Shown: positions 15,421 through 25,053 of the stretch, in pieces
Numbering within the stretch: position 1 is the stretch's first letter
Layout: each line of letters opens with the position of its first letter
Virus record (IMG/VR): IMGVR_UViG_3300032240_001991
Location: 186,001 to 250,000 of that record
Direction: 5' to 3' (one strand)
Length of the DNA stretch: 64,000 nucleotides
Made by a program: the position numbers and the translations under genes
The notes under the pieces: model-generated
Databases searched by the model: none
The model's input: the letters and a program-made list of their open reading frames with translations, nothing else
Told to the model about the DNA's origin: nothing

Positions 15421-15780
15421 ATGACAAGACTTGAAGGATATGTAGAAAAAGGTTGGGGCCATGAACTTATATGGGCCACTAACGACAAGTATTGTGGCAA
15501 GATGATGAAGTTTAATAAAGATGCTAAATTTAGCATGCACTTCCATAGTGATAAAGATGAAACTTGGTATATACTCGATGGAAAGTTTTTAGTGCGTTGG
15601 ATTGATACCAAAACTGCTAAAGTTCAAGGAAAGGAATTAAATGCCGGAGACACTTGGCATAATCCTCCGTTATTTCCTCATCAGGTATTATGCATGGAAG
15701 CGGGTACTATTATTGAAGTTAGTACGCCTGACTCAGTTGAAGACAACTATCGTGTGATGCCCGGCGACAGTCAAAAATGA
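15421..15780 (+). CDS. Cupin-domain protein (sugar isomerase-like)
   Basis: VEKGWGHE, SMHFH..KDETWY, PH and EVSTPD cupin motifs. Confidence 0.8.
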   Translation: MTRLEGYVEKGWGHELIWATNDKYCGKMMKFNKDAKFSMHFHSDKDETWYILDGKFLVRWIDTKTAKVQGKELNAGDTWHNPPLFPHQVLCMEAGTIIEVSTPDSVEDNYRVMPGDSQK

Positions 15781-16523
15781 AGGTTGCGATTTGTGTATCT
15801 GGACTACCTAGATTTAGTAGATCCACAACACAACTTATTAAAGATGTAGAAGATCAATTTCAAAACTATGAAGTTGATTGGTTCTTTCATCTTTGGAATC
15901 CTGCTGAACCTGACCCTTATATACACAACTCTTGGACAGAGTTAAATGTAATCAATACTGAAAAAAGATTAAGAACTCGATTACCTAAGCATCATAATTT
16001 ATCTGGGTTAGAAGTTGAAAAATTTAACGGAGAATTTTTAGATACATCGTTAATGCTTAAGCCTAACGGTGCTCCTTTATTTTTATCTCAATATAGGGTA
16101 GACCAAATGAGACAAAATAAAGAAAAAGATCAAAACTTTTTATATGATTTTGTAGTCAGACTAAGACCTGATGTAACATTTGAAGGCATAATGCCTACGA
16201 AGATACCAAAAGACAATGTTTTGGTTGTACACATTGAGTCTTGGGATTCAACAGGTCAAATTTGTTGCATTGGTGACACCTTTGCTGCAGGCGGTAGTGA
16301 AGAGATGACGCGATACTCAAGTTTAATTACTTGTTATCAAAACTATAGACCTTATTTTATTGATCCTCCAATTCACAATGAAATAATATTAGCCTGCCAT
16401 TTTTCTGTACAAGGTCTTATTCCTTACAAAGATCCAAATTTTACTGTTCATCTAAGGCTAAACAACGCTATTAACGAGTCGAGAAGCTTTTATCAAGTTG
16501 ATTATACTGGCTGGGAAAACTAA
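15777..16523 (+). CDS. Hypothetical glycan-related protein
   Basis: MKVAICVSGLPR, YDFVVRLRPD, D.FA.G motifs seen in uncharacterised GT-associated proteins. Confidence 0.5.
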   Translation: MKVAICVSGLPRFSRSTTQLIKDVEDQFQNYEVDWFFHLWNPAEPDPYIHNSWTELNVINTEKRLRTRLPKHHNLSGLEVEKFNGEFLDTSLMLKPNGAPLFLSQYRVDQMRQNKEKDQNFLYDFVVRLRPDVTFEGIMPTKIPKDNVLVVHIESWDSTGQICCIGDTFAAGGSEEMTRYSSLITCYQNYRPYFIDPPIHNEIILACHFSVQGLIPYKDPNFTVHLRLNNAINESRSFYQVDYTGWEN

Positions 16524-16563
16524 GCTGTTGACTTTATCATTGTAGTATGCTATAAAATAGCAT

Positions 16564-16665
16564 GTAGCCGTAAGCGAATGGCATAGCTCCAGCGCAGTCC
16601 GGGCTGTGTTTGGGAACGGGAGAATTTAATTCCCCTTGGAGGTTCAAATCCTCCCGGCTACACCA
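16564..16665 (+). ncRNA. Leu-like tRNA-shaped RNA lacking an anticodon loop
   Basis: Acceptor GTAGCCG/CGGCTAC + A-CCA, Leu-type D loop, long V arm and perfect T arm; anticodon arm replaced by AGCGCAGT-CCGG-GCTGTGTT. Confidence 0.7.
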
Positions 16666-16675
16666 GATTAAACTA

Positions 16676-17110
16676 ATGAAAGAAAAATTTATAAAACTTT
16701 ACATAGACTTTGCTAAACGAGTTTCTGAATTAAGTCAGGCTTGTAGGCTAAAGGTTGGAGCTATCATCGTTAAAGAAGATAGAGTAATATCTATTGGATA
16801 TAACGGTATGCCTGCTGGGTGGGAGAACGATTGCGAAATTAAACTTTACCAATCAAATGGGCAGATAAATTTAACTACAAAACCTGAAGTATTACATGCC
16901 GAAAGCAATGCTCTTGCTAAAGTAGCAAGATCCACAGAAAGTAGCGAAGGAGCTACACTGTTTTGCACTCATGCGCCCTGTATTGAGTGTGCAAAATTAA
17001 TTTATCAATCTGGAATTAGCCAAGTTTATTACGAATTAGATTACAGAAGCGCAGACGGAATTGACTTTTTACGCAAATCTAGAGTAAGAGTAATACAATT
17101 AACTGCGTAG
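16676..17110 (+). CDS. dCMP deaminase
   Basis: KVGAIIVKEDRVISIGYNGMP, LHAESNA, THAPCIECAK. True start is ATG 16676; the ORF-track start lies inside the tRNA-like RNA. Confidence 0.92.
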   Translation: MKEKFIKLYIDFAKRVSELSQACRLKVGAIIVKEDRVISIGYNGMPAGWENDCEIKLYQSNGQINLTTKPEVLHAESNALAKVARSTESSEGATLFCTHAPCIECAKLIYQSGISQVYYELDYRSADGIDFLRKSRVRVIQLTA

Positions 17111-17157
17111 TTAACGGCACATTATTTTAAGATAATTACAGAGTACAAGGAATTTTT

Positions 17158-17889
17158 ATGTCCAAAAGACAATATTATGACTGGTCATCCTTGGATAGAG
17201 ATATGCTGGTAAAAATTTTAGGGCCAGCACGTAAAGATATAGTTGAAAAATCAATTAATGGTGAAAAATTTACCAAAATTATTAGAACCTGTATAAGAAA
17301 CGCAGGACTTCCTATAAGTGTTAAAAGTTTTTACAATAAAGATGCACCTTATAATCATACATGGATTGGAGGCGTATACGAAAGTTATAAAGATAAAAAA
17401 AATCAAAAATCTATTACTATTAGTTTACACTACAAGTCTAAAACTGATAAATTATACTTTAGCTACCCAAAATTTAAAAAGACGTCTACTAATATTGCCG
17501 ATACAATTTTGCACGAAGTAATACATGCTAGGCAATATCGTAGAAGAAATTACAAATATATCCCAGGATACGAAAGTACAGCACAATCAAGTAAGCAACG
17601 CTCTGAGCAAGAGTATCTTGGGCATAATGACGAAATTGACGCATACGCATTTAACATTGCATGTGACTTGTCTGATCAATTTGAAAATAACAAAGAAATA
17701 TTAAAACATATTAACAGCGATTTTTCTGATAAAAGACTTAAAGATTCTACATATAGAATGTACATGAAGGCGTTTGATTTTGATCACAATCATAAGGTAA
17801 TTAAAAAGTTAAAAAAGAAAATAATTCATTACTTGCCTTATGTTAGTCTAGGAAAGCCGTATAAAACATCAGATTGGTTAAAATGGTGA
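17158..17889 (+). CDS. HExxH putative Zn-metalloprotease (paralog 1)
   Basis: ILHEVIHARQ ... EQEYLGHNDEIDAYAFNIA. Confidence 0.55.
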   Translation: MSKRQYYDWSSLDRDMLVKILGPARKDIVEKSINGEKFTKIIRTCIRNAGLPISVKSFYNKDAPYNHTWIGGVYESYKDKKNQKSITISLHYKSKTDKLYFSYPKFKKTSTNIADTILHEVIHARQYRRRNYKYIPGYESTAQSSKQRSEQEYLGHNDEIDAYAFNIACDLSDQFENNKEILKHINSDFSDKRLKDSTYRMYMKAFDFDHNHKVIKKLKKKIIHYLPYVSLGKPYKTSDWLKW

Positions 17890-18584
17890 AAAAATTTAAC
17901 TGTTGTCCCAGAACTAAAAAAGACATTTACGTTCCTTCAAGAAAAGATCTTATACCTATTTTAGAAGAACTATCTGAAGAAATTGTTGATGTTATTTTAC
18001 CGTTAGATGAAATGATTGACAAAATTGGTTACTTTATTAGTAGTCGATTTAGGGTCGATGTAATGCATGCGACATCTACAGGCGCTGTTCCAGGAAGCAT
18101 CATAATTAATGCGGAGTACGATCAAGAAAGAGATGAAAGAAATAAAATTTCAATTAGCCTTATTTTAATTACATGGCCATCAGATCGATCTTATCTATGG
18201 GATCGAGAACAATTTGATTCCATTACAAGACAAATAGCAGATACACTTATACACGAATCTGTACACATGAAACAATGTCGTGCGAGAGACTTTGAAGATT
18301 ATTTCTTAGAAAAGGATGAATTTGACTCAGATAAAGAAGAAGCGCAGTATTATTTAGGCAACTCTGACGAGGTAGATGCTTACGCACATAATATTGCCAG
18401 TGAACTATTAGACTGCGGCGATTTTAATACAGCTAACTTTTATCTATCTAACCCTAATCAAGTTACATTAGAAATAAGCGCAAATCTTTGGTCTTATATG
18501 CAGACCTTTGATCGTAACGTTAATCATCCAATCATAAAAAAATTAATTAAAAAGATATATAAACACTTGACACATTTACACTGA
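17874..18584 (+). CDS. HExxH putative Zn-metalloprotease (paralog 2)
   Basis: LIHESVHMKQ ... YYLGNSDEVDAYAHNIA. Confidence 0.55.
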   Translation: MVKMVKKFNCCPRTKKDIYVPSRKDLIPILEELSEEIVDVILPLDEMIDKIGYFISSRFRVDVMHATSTGAVPGSIIINAEYDQERDERNKISISLILITWPSDRSYLWDREQFDSITRQIADTLIHESVHMKQCRARDFEDYFLEKDEFDSDKEEAQYYLGNSDEVDAYAHNIASELLDCGDFNTANFYLSNPNQVTLEISANLWSYMQTFDRNVNHPIIKKLIKKIYKHLTHLH

Positions 18585-18685
18585 GGTGTTACATTGTGTA
18601 ATGTGTGTTAATGACTTTTTATCAAAATTCTTTAACTACGCAGTTAATTTAGATAATTAAGCATACAACACCTATAGAGGAAAAA

Positions 18686-19420
18686 ATGAAAAACAAAGGC
18701 AAATTAAATATTCCAACTAGGCCAGCACCTAAGCCCATGGCCGCACCTGCATCCGCACCAGTAGTACAACCAAACGGACGTCCGCCATCTATTATGATTG
18801 CAGTTCCTGCAATGGAAACTGTACATACAGAATTTACACAGCACTTAACAATGGCCGCTGCTACTATGGTCGCAAACGGTATTAAAATCAACTGTGCTTT
18901 CAATATTGGAAGTGTTGTTACCATTGCACGACGTAACTTAGTTGATATCTTCCTACAGAGTGGGTTTGATTACATTTGGTGGGTTGATAGCGATATGAAG
19001 TTTCCAACCGATACACCGCTTCGCTTGCTTAAGCGAAACAAAGATATCGTAGGCGTTAACTATCGCAGACGTCGTTTTCCAAATCCAAACTTTACTGGTA
19101 TGAGTGGTGCACCTGGAACTTATACAGAATTTGTAACGACTGACAATAGTCCAGCTATGGAAACTATTGATGTTCTACCACATGGATGCGTCTTAGTTAA
19201 ACGAGAAGTATACGAAAAAATTCCTCAGCCTCATTATCTGCAGGAGTTTATTCCAGAACTTAATTTAGAAATTGGTGAGGACATTTACTTCTGTCAACAG
19301 GCACAAAAGGCAGGCTACACTATATGGTGTGACCAAGAGTTGAGCCGAGAAGTTTCTCACATTGGTGTTTTCCACTTTAATTATAACTTAAGTGTACAAT
19401 CAGCCCAGCCACAGGGTTAA
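18686..19420 (+). CDS. GT-A fold (family 2-like) glycosyltransferase
   Basis: IMIAVP, ARRNLV, YIWWVDSDM (DxD), GCVLVKREVYEKI, GEDIYFC. Confidence 0.75.
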   Translation: MKNKGKLNIPTRPAPKPMAAPASAPVVQPNGRPPSIMIAVPAMETVHTEFTQHLTMAAATMVANGIKINCAFNIGSVVTIARRNLVDIFLQSGFDYIWWVDSDMKFPTDTPLRLLKRNKDIVGVNYRRRRFPNPNFTGMSGAPGTYTEFVTTDNSPAMETIDVLPHGCVLVKREVYEKIPQPHYLQEFIPELNLEIGEDIYFCQQAQKAGYTIWCDQELSREVSHIGVFHFNYNLSVQSAQPQG

Positions 19421-19429
19421 GGAAAAAGC

Positions 19430-19597
19430 ATGTTCGACAGTATCGAAATACGTAAAGTAAGAAACGGTGTTATCGTTACTTTACATACGGAAGATGACGA
19501 AGCGATCGAGTACGTATACGATACTGATCGAAAAGCTATTAAATTTATAAAAGATCTGCTTGATTCACAAGCAGACAAAAACAGAAAGACATCATGA
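19430..19597 (+). CDS. Small hypothetical protein (55 aa, not in ORF track)
   Basis: MFDSIEIRKVRNG...; AGGA upstream; TGA overlaps the next ATG. Confidence 0.65.
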   Translation: MFDSIEIRKVRNGVIVTLHTEDDEAIEYVYDTDRKAIKFIKDLLDSQADKNRKTS

Positions 19598-19974
19598 AAC
19601 AATATTATGACATTAAAGACCAAGTTTGGATTCATCTTGGCGAACAATCGTTAGTAGAAGGTCGAGTAGTTGAAATTGTTGATCTAGAGCATCTAAACGA
19701 AGGACATAGTAGAGAACAAGAGCTATATGTAATCGAAATTCCTACTCCTATTGAACCGGTGTACGAAGTTCGCAATTATGATCAAATTAGTCCAGATGCT
19801 GATGGCCCACTTATGATCTATCGCAATTTACAAGGCGTTGTTGCTGCTAATAGACTGTTAAAAAAAGTAGGTGTAAAACTCCCAGACAATGCAGCAACCG
19901 CATCTGCTATTGAAGAAAATCCTGCTCCAAAGAAGAATAAAGGTCGTTACTACAAATTTAAAAAGAGACGTTAA
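19594..19974 (+). CDS. Hypothetical protein
   Basis: Coupled ORF in operon. Confidence 0.65.
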   Translation: MKQYYDIKDQVWIHLGEQSLVEGRVVEIVDLEHLNEGHSREQELYVIEIPTPIEPVYEVRNYDQISPDADGPLMIYRNLQGVVAANRLLKKVGVKLPDNAATASAIEENPAPKKNKGRYYKFKKRR

Positions 19975-20231
19975 TGCCTGAGATCAACGGAATACATAAA
20001 ATAACCGTAGGCGTATTTTATGCAACATCCTTAGACGAATTACACCAATCTGTTGATTTATGGCAAAAAACTCCGCGCGGAGAATTTCTAACTAAAAACG
20101 GCAGAACTTTTACTTATAAAAGATGGGTTCATCACAATACTTCCCAAATAGCTCATAAGTTAATTGTAGAGTTAGAATCAAAAAAATTAACAGAATATTA
20201 CCTAAAATTTGACAAAATCTCTATTAAATAG
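19974..20231 (+). CDS. Hypothetical protein
   Basis: TAATG coupling. Confidence 0.6.
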   Translation: MPEINGIHKITVGVFYATSLDELHQSVDLWQKTPRGEFLTKNGRTFTYKRWVHHNTSQIAHKLIVELESKKLTEYYLKFDKISIK

Positions 20232-20264
20232 TATAGTACACTTCTTTTAATAGGTAATAAGTAT

Positions 20265-21104
20265 ATGGCGTATCATTCTAATTATTGGTCCTGTAGCCGT
20301 TTTGCAGACTGGTTACGTGGAACACCAAAGCCACAATGGGGTACTGACAAAGAATGGAAAGATTGGCATCAAGAAGAAAAATCTCTGCATGGGTTCCGCT
20401 ATTGGCTTGCGGAAGAAGCACTTGATAAGATTCAAGATTTTGTTACATGGCCTGTAAGGAAATTATATGACATTAAATATTATATTAACAATCGTTACGT
20501 GGGCTGTACTCATGCCCTTGTTGCTCATCCTAGCGATCTTAGCCGCGGGACTTGGCATGACGTTGGTGGCCGTTTTCTTCCTTGTTTATTTGGTGAACTC
20601 GTTGACTTCGTTGAAATCGAACTAGCGTGGTGGCACGTTGCTTGGAATGTGGAAGCTCGTAAAAAGTTTAAATCTCCCTTTTGGTCTTATGGATGGTTTA
20701 AATTTGGTGTATGGCGCTGTCCAGAAGCAGGATTAGAAAACCTTAACTGGCAAGCTAACCTACGGTCCACTGAGGATGAGGTTGGACCTGATAGCCCACA
20801 TCTAGGAGAACTTACTCCGCAAGCTGTTGGAGCAAGAGAAATATTGTCTCTTTATAATTGGTGGACTGAAGTTTATCGTAAACGTCCTGATGCAATGGAT
20901 GCTAGTGGATGGAGTGAATTTTGCAATCGTACATTAGATGAAGGCCCAAATTCATGGCTCTCTATGATCAATAGTACGCCTGAATTAGAAAAAGAATCAA
21001 CCGAGATTCATAAAAAACTTCGTGAAATTGAAGAAGCCTACGAAAAAGAAGATGAGGAAATGTTGATCAGACTAGTTAAAGTTCGCCATTATTTGTGGAC
21101 TTAA
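20265..21104 (+). CDS. Trp-rich hypothetical phage protein
   Basis: Long ORF with RBS; no motif recognised. Confidence 0.7.
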   Translation: MAYHSNYWSCSRFADWLRGTPKPQWGTDKEWKDWHQEEKSLHGFRYWLAEEALDKIQDFVTWPVRKLYDIKYYINNRYVGCTHALVAHPSDLSRGTWHDVGGRFLPCLFGELVDFVEIELAWWHVAWNVEARKKFKSPFWSYGWFKFGVWRCPEAGLENLNWQANLRSTEDEVGPDSPHLGELTPQAVGAREILSLYNWWTEVYRKRPDAMDASGWSEFCNRTLDEGPNSWLSMINSTPELEKESTEIHKKLREIEEAYEKEDEEMLIRLVKVRHYLWT

Positions 21105-21114
21105 GGAGATTTTC

Positions 21115-21345
21115 ATGCCCAACAAAAAAATTAAAATTAGATTTGCACCTGGTTGCTTTGATCAGTTTGACGGAGATCAAAAAGAGTTAGATGAGTTGAT
21201 TGCCGAACTTAACAAGATGGCAGAGGATGGCACTCTCCTTGACCAGTTAGAAATAAACTCAAACGAATATCTTTCAGAAGAAGATCTTGATGATTATATA
21301 GACCAAGAGCATGACCGTGTGTTCTATTCTAGGAGACTGCATTGA
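21115..21345 (+). CDS. Small acidic hypothetical protein
   Basis: AAGGAG RBS. Confidence 0.65.
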   Translation: MPNKKIKIRFAPGCFDQFDGDQKELDELIAELNKMAEDGTLLDQLEINSNEYLSEEDLDDYIDQEHDRVFYSRRLH

Positions 21346-21495
21346 TTCCTACTACAGGTCAATTTAAAATTTTTAGATTTTGGGTAATGCGACTATATGA
21401 AGAGAATCAAAAAGAAAGAGAAGAATGCCGTCAACCGGCAATATCTTTTAAAGATTACTGGAACTTATATAAACATTGGTTAAAGGACAAGTATC

Positions 21496-22008
21496 GTGAA
21501 GAAAGATAAGATTTCAAAAAGCCCAGAGCGCGGCAGCTTTCAAAAATCTAAATACATCCAAAGAAGGTTAGAAGCAAAAGAACCAATTAGCGAAGAATAT
21601 CTAAATTGGTTTGATCTTTTTGATAAACAAAAAGAATCTAACGAATCAGATCCTAATTGGCAAAAGAATAATCTTGAATACGATCTAAGATCTACTTTGT
21701 GGATTTTAAATAAAGTTCGCTCTTCTGAGACTTACTCTCAACATTTATATGCTGCGTTGTGTAATAATAACTTTCAAAAACTAGAAGTTATACCAATTTT
21801 AAAAGAAGAAACCTGGAGTTGTTCCTGGAGATATGCTGGTGGAATTATTGCTGATATGAGAGAAGAAGGCGATTATATTAATTGGTATTGCTCCGGAATG
21901 AATGACGATGCTGATAGTAGTAACTATGTCGCAGAAAGTGTAGTTACAGAAGAAATTAAAGAAGATCTTAAAAAACTAGGATGGATTGTTTTAGAGAACA
22001 ATGATTGA
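21496..22008 (+). CDS. Hypothetical phage protein
   Basis: HLYAALCNN and WSCSWRYAGGIIAD motifs; function unknown. Confidence 0.7.
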   Translation: MKKDKISKSPERGSFQKSKYIQRRLEAKEPISEEYLNWFDLFDKQKESNESDPNWQKNNLEYDLRSTLWILNKVRSSETYSQHLYAALCNNNFQKLEVIPILKEETWSCSWRYAGGIIADMREEGDYINWYCSGMNDDADSSNYVAESVVTEEIKEDLKKLGWIVLENND

Positions 22009-22057
22009 CTTTTACCTATTTTTTGTATATAGTATTTTTTTATAGTAGGTAATTTAA

Positions 22058-22651
22058 ATGCGTGAAGAATTAGATAAAAAGCTGTGCGAGAAATATCCTA
22101 AAATTTTTAGAGATCGTAATTCACCTATGACCCACACTGCTATGTGTTGGGGATTTGATCATGGCGACGGTTGGTACAATATTATTGACGGCCTTTGTGC
22201 AGTTATTGAAAATCATATTTGGAACAATCAACGACATGTTGAAAGTGCAACAAAAGATTTAAAGTATCGTGAGATGGCCGCAGCCGGCAACTGGAGTTTT
22301 CTAGACAATCTTTATGGTGAATCTACTAAAGATTGGTTAGCTAAGGATGACAATCTAGAACAAACCAAGCAGCAATATCTTAGAAAACCGTCTAACTGGA
22401 CTCAAAATGTTAAGACAGTTCCGGAAGTTGTTGCAACCCAGGTTAAAGAAAAGTACGGAACTTTACGTTTCTATTACAATGGCGGTGATGAATATATTAG
22501 CGGTGCTGTTTCGATGGCAGAGTATATGAGTGCTCGCACTTGTGAAGTTTGCGGTTCTGCTGGAAAAACATTAGGCGGAGGTTGGATTCGTACACTATGT
22601 AAAACTCACGCTGAAGAAATTGGCTATAGTTGGGACCAAGAAGTAGAATAA
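22058..22651 (+). CDS. Hypothetical phage protein with C-terminal CxxC
   Basis: QVKEKYGTLRFYY and TCEVCG...TLC, a recurrent phage domain. Confidence 0.7.
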   Translation: MREELDKKLCEKYPKIFRDRNSPMTHTAMCWGFDHGDGWYNIIDGLCAVIENHIWNNQRHVESATKDLKYREMAAAGNWSFLDNLYGESTKDWLAKDDNLEQTKQQYLRKPSNWTQNVKTVPEVVATQVKEKYGTLRFYYNGGDEYISGAVSMAEYMSARTCEVCGSAGKTLGGGWIRTLCKTHAEEIGYSWDQEVE

Positions 22652-22653
22652 AA

Positions 22654-22902
22654 ATGACTCTACCTGACGAAAGATATCGTGCTATAAAGGCAGCGGAAGC
22701 ATTTATGGCGGATTTAATGAATCCTAAGAAAACTCCCCGTATACCTAAATCAATAAGAGCTCGAGCTAGGGCTGTTCTTAGACATTATCCTAGTGGCTGG
22801 GATTTAAAACAACTTGAAGTTGCAGCACCTCATATTTTACAAGAAGAAATGGAACCGTTATACAGAATGGTTAAAGAACACGAATTAAAGGAAAACAAAT
22901 GA
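22654..22902 (+). CDS. Hypothetical phage protein
   Basis: MTLPDERYRA...TPRIPKSIR..A...LRHYP; ATG 22654 is the likely start. Confidence 0.65.
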   Translation: MTLPDERYRAIKAAEAFMADLMNPKKTPRIPKSIRARARAVLRHYPSGWDLKQLEVAAPHILQEEMEPLYRMVKEHELKENK

Positions 22903-23312
22903 AAATTGGACTTAGTTTTAGTCGATGTATCCTAGATATCATCGAAGGACGAGTAGAAGAAGAAGATGTTCTGGTTATTATTTCTCGAACAAATTTTGAC
23001 CCTACTAAAGACGAACATTGGTCAGAAATTTGGACGGGATATCTTTTTGGAGGATCTAGTGCTGCTGAATGGTACCGTCATATAAACGATGAAGAAAAGT
23101 TTAGAGAATTAACCGTCAGATTATACAAAGATGGTAAATTACATCAACCTAGACAGTTTGGCGCACACCCGTCTCGTAGAAATGAGTATTGGTTAGAAAC
23201 AGTACTGCCAAGCAGTGAATTAGATCGTAATCCTGCTGCTAAGAAAGCATGGGATCACTTTCAAATGGTTGCAGGATTAACAAACGTAAATCTCGATAAG
23301 GAATATAATTAA
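22899..23312 (+). CDS. Hypothetical protein
   Basis: Coupled ORF. Confidence 0.65.
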   Translation: MKIGLSFSRCILDIIEGRVEEEDVLVIISRTNFDPTKDEHWSEIWTGYLFGGSSAAEWYRHINDEEKFRELTVRLYKDGKLHQPRQFGAHPSRRNEYWLETVLPSSELDRNPAAKKAWDHFQMVAGLTNVNLDKEYN

Positions 23313-23313
23313 C

Positions 23314-23913
23314 ATGTATAATACTTTGGTGCCGATGGTTGTAGAAAAAACTGGTCAGGGCGAACGTGCTTTTGATATCTTTTCTAGGCTTTTAAATGAG
23401 CGAATTGTATTTCTAAATGGTCCAGTTGACGACTATAGTGCAAATCTTGTTGTAGCGCAGATTTTACATTTAGAAAGCGTAGATAGCGAAAAGGATATTA
23501 ATTTTTACATTAATAGTCCTGGAGGCGTAATTACTTCTGGTATGGCAATTTATGATGTTATGCAGTTTGTTAAGCCAGATGTAGCTACTTTTGTTATGGG
23601 TCAGGCATGTAGTATGGGTAGTTTTTTAGCTCAGGCAGGAACGCCAGGAAAACGATTTATGCTTCCCAATGCACGACACATGATTCATCAGCCAAGTGGC
23701 GGGGCGCAGGGTATGGCTTCTGATATTGAAATTTCATACAAGGAGATTATGTATCTAAAGAAGCGTCTAACTGAGCTCTACGTTAAGCACAATAGCGCCG
23801 GTAAAACATATGAAGAATTTGAGGAAGATATGGATCGTGATACATTTATGAGTGCTGAAGAGGCTCTAGGATACGGTCTAGTTGATCAAATTTTAGAAAA
23901 GCGCAGCCAGTAA
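23314..23913 (+). CDS. clpP: ATP-dependent Clp protease proteolytic subunit
   Basis: [25 protein letters not shown] (Ser nucleophile), MIHQP, DMDRD.FMSAEEA..YGLVD. Confidence 0.96.
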   Translation: MYNTLVPMVVEKTGQGERAFDIFSRLLNERIVFLNGPVDDYSANLVVAQILHLESVDSEKDINFYINSPGGVITSGMAIYDVMQFVKPDVATFVMGQACSMGSFLAQAGTPGKRFMLPNARHMIHQPSGGAQGMASDIEISYKEIMYLKKRLTELYVKHNSAGKTYEEFEEDMDRDTFMSAEEALGYGLVDQILEKRSQ

Positions 23914-23971
23914 TGATCTGCTAAATAGTAGAAACGCCTATTTTGAGCGTTTCTACTATACGGATCATATC

Positions 23972-24991
23972 ATGGTAAAAGCATTTGTAGTCGAAGGAAG
24001 TTCAATTGTAGGGCCAATCAGTAACTTTTCTAGTACTGGTATTAAGGACCTATCCTCTGTCCAGACAGTAACCGTAACTGACGGTAAACTTACTGTAGAC
24101 AATATTGCAGTTAAAAATCTTGACGGAAATGTAACTGTAAGAGGAGATTTTAAGATCTACGGCGTACTTGATGCAGGGTTTGTACGCACTACAGAATTAG
24201 TTACTAATCAACGTTACGAAAAACAATTTTTAGAATTTTCTAGTCCAGATGGCGATTCTATTGGTACAGGATTTTTATGGCTTGGCGGACGTCCAAGTCG
24301 TCAGTTTGTTTTAAAAGCTGACCCACTTCGCTTTTGGTTAACAGAGCATGTTGACATTCCTGAAGAAAAGTCATTTATGATCGGAACTGCTCCAGTTCTT
24401 TCATTTGATACATTAGGAACAGGAGTTGTAAATAGCAGCCTAAAAAAGGTTGGAACATTACAAAGTCTTACAGTTGACGGCGAGTTTACTTTAGACAATC
24501 ATATATTTTATAGCCCAGATTCTCAAAAATTAGGTATTGGAACTGATCGACCAAACGGAGTGGTCAGTATTTTAGATCATAATACCAGTGTTGAATTTAT
24601 TATAACCGGCGATTTGAGTAACGGTTATGGAAAACTTGGGACCTTTAATACAAAAGGTGTTTCTATCGTTACTGACGATACTCCAAGAATCAGCATAACT
24701 GAAACCGGACATATTACATTAGGCCAAGAATACCGAGATAGCACTATCATACGAGCTTACGGAAAAATGGGAATTGGCGTTAAAAATCCTTCAGAACAAT
24801 TAGAAGTTGCAGGAAATATTAAATTTGGCAACCGTATGTTTGCCAATGGTAACCAAGCGCCAACAGATGGTTCATATCAAGTAGGCGATATTGTTTGGAA
24901 TTCAAAACCTCGTTCTGGTAACTTTGTAGGTTGGGTTTGTATTTCTACAGGATCTCCCGGAAGCTGGCGCGGATTTGGACTAATCGAATAA
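23972..24991 (+). CDS. Putative virion/tail-associated beta-rich protein
   Basis: LGIGTDRP and MGIGVKNP repeats typical of fibre proteins; C-terminal GWVC..TG.PG.W..FG module. Confidence 0.55.
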   Translation: MVKAFVVEGSSIVGPISNFSSTGIKDLSSVQTVTVTDGKLTVDNIAVKNLDGNVTVRGDFKIYGVLDAGFVRTTELVTNQRYEKQFLEFSSPDGDSIGTGFLWLGGRPSRQFVLKADPLRFWLTEHVDIPEEKSFMIGTAPVLSFDTLGTGVVNSSLKKVGTLQSLTVDGEFTLDNHIFYSPDSQKLGIGTDRPNGVVSILDHNTSVEFIITGDLSNGYGKLGTFNTKGVSIVTDDTPRISITETGHITLGQEYRDSTIIRAYGKMGIGVKNPSEQLEVAGNIKFGNRMFANGNQAPTDGSYQVGDIVWNSKPRSGNFVGWVCISTGSPGSWRGFGLIE

Positions 24992-25053
24992 AATAAGATA
25001 ACATAATATCACAGGTCTCTTGAGTAAATAAAATTACTCATGGAGCAGCTATT

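Noticed and set aside
16610-16675. N-terminal extension of dCMP deaminase
   Set aside because: Falls inside the Leu-like tRNA; real start is ATG 16676.
18584-18676. Multi-stem structure AGGTGTT/AACACCT upstream of the GT-A gene
   Set aside because: Its 5' arm overlaps a TTGACA-N17-TACATT promoter and would lie upstream of the transcript start; the remaining stems are short and AT-only.
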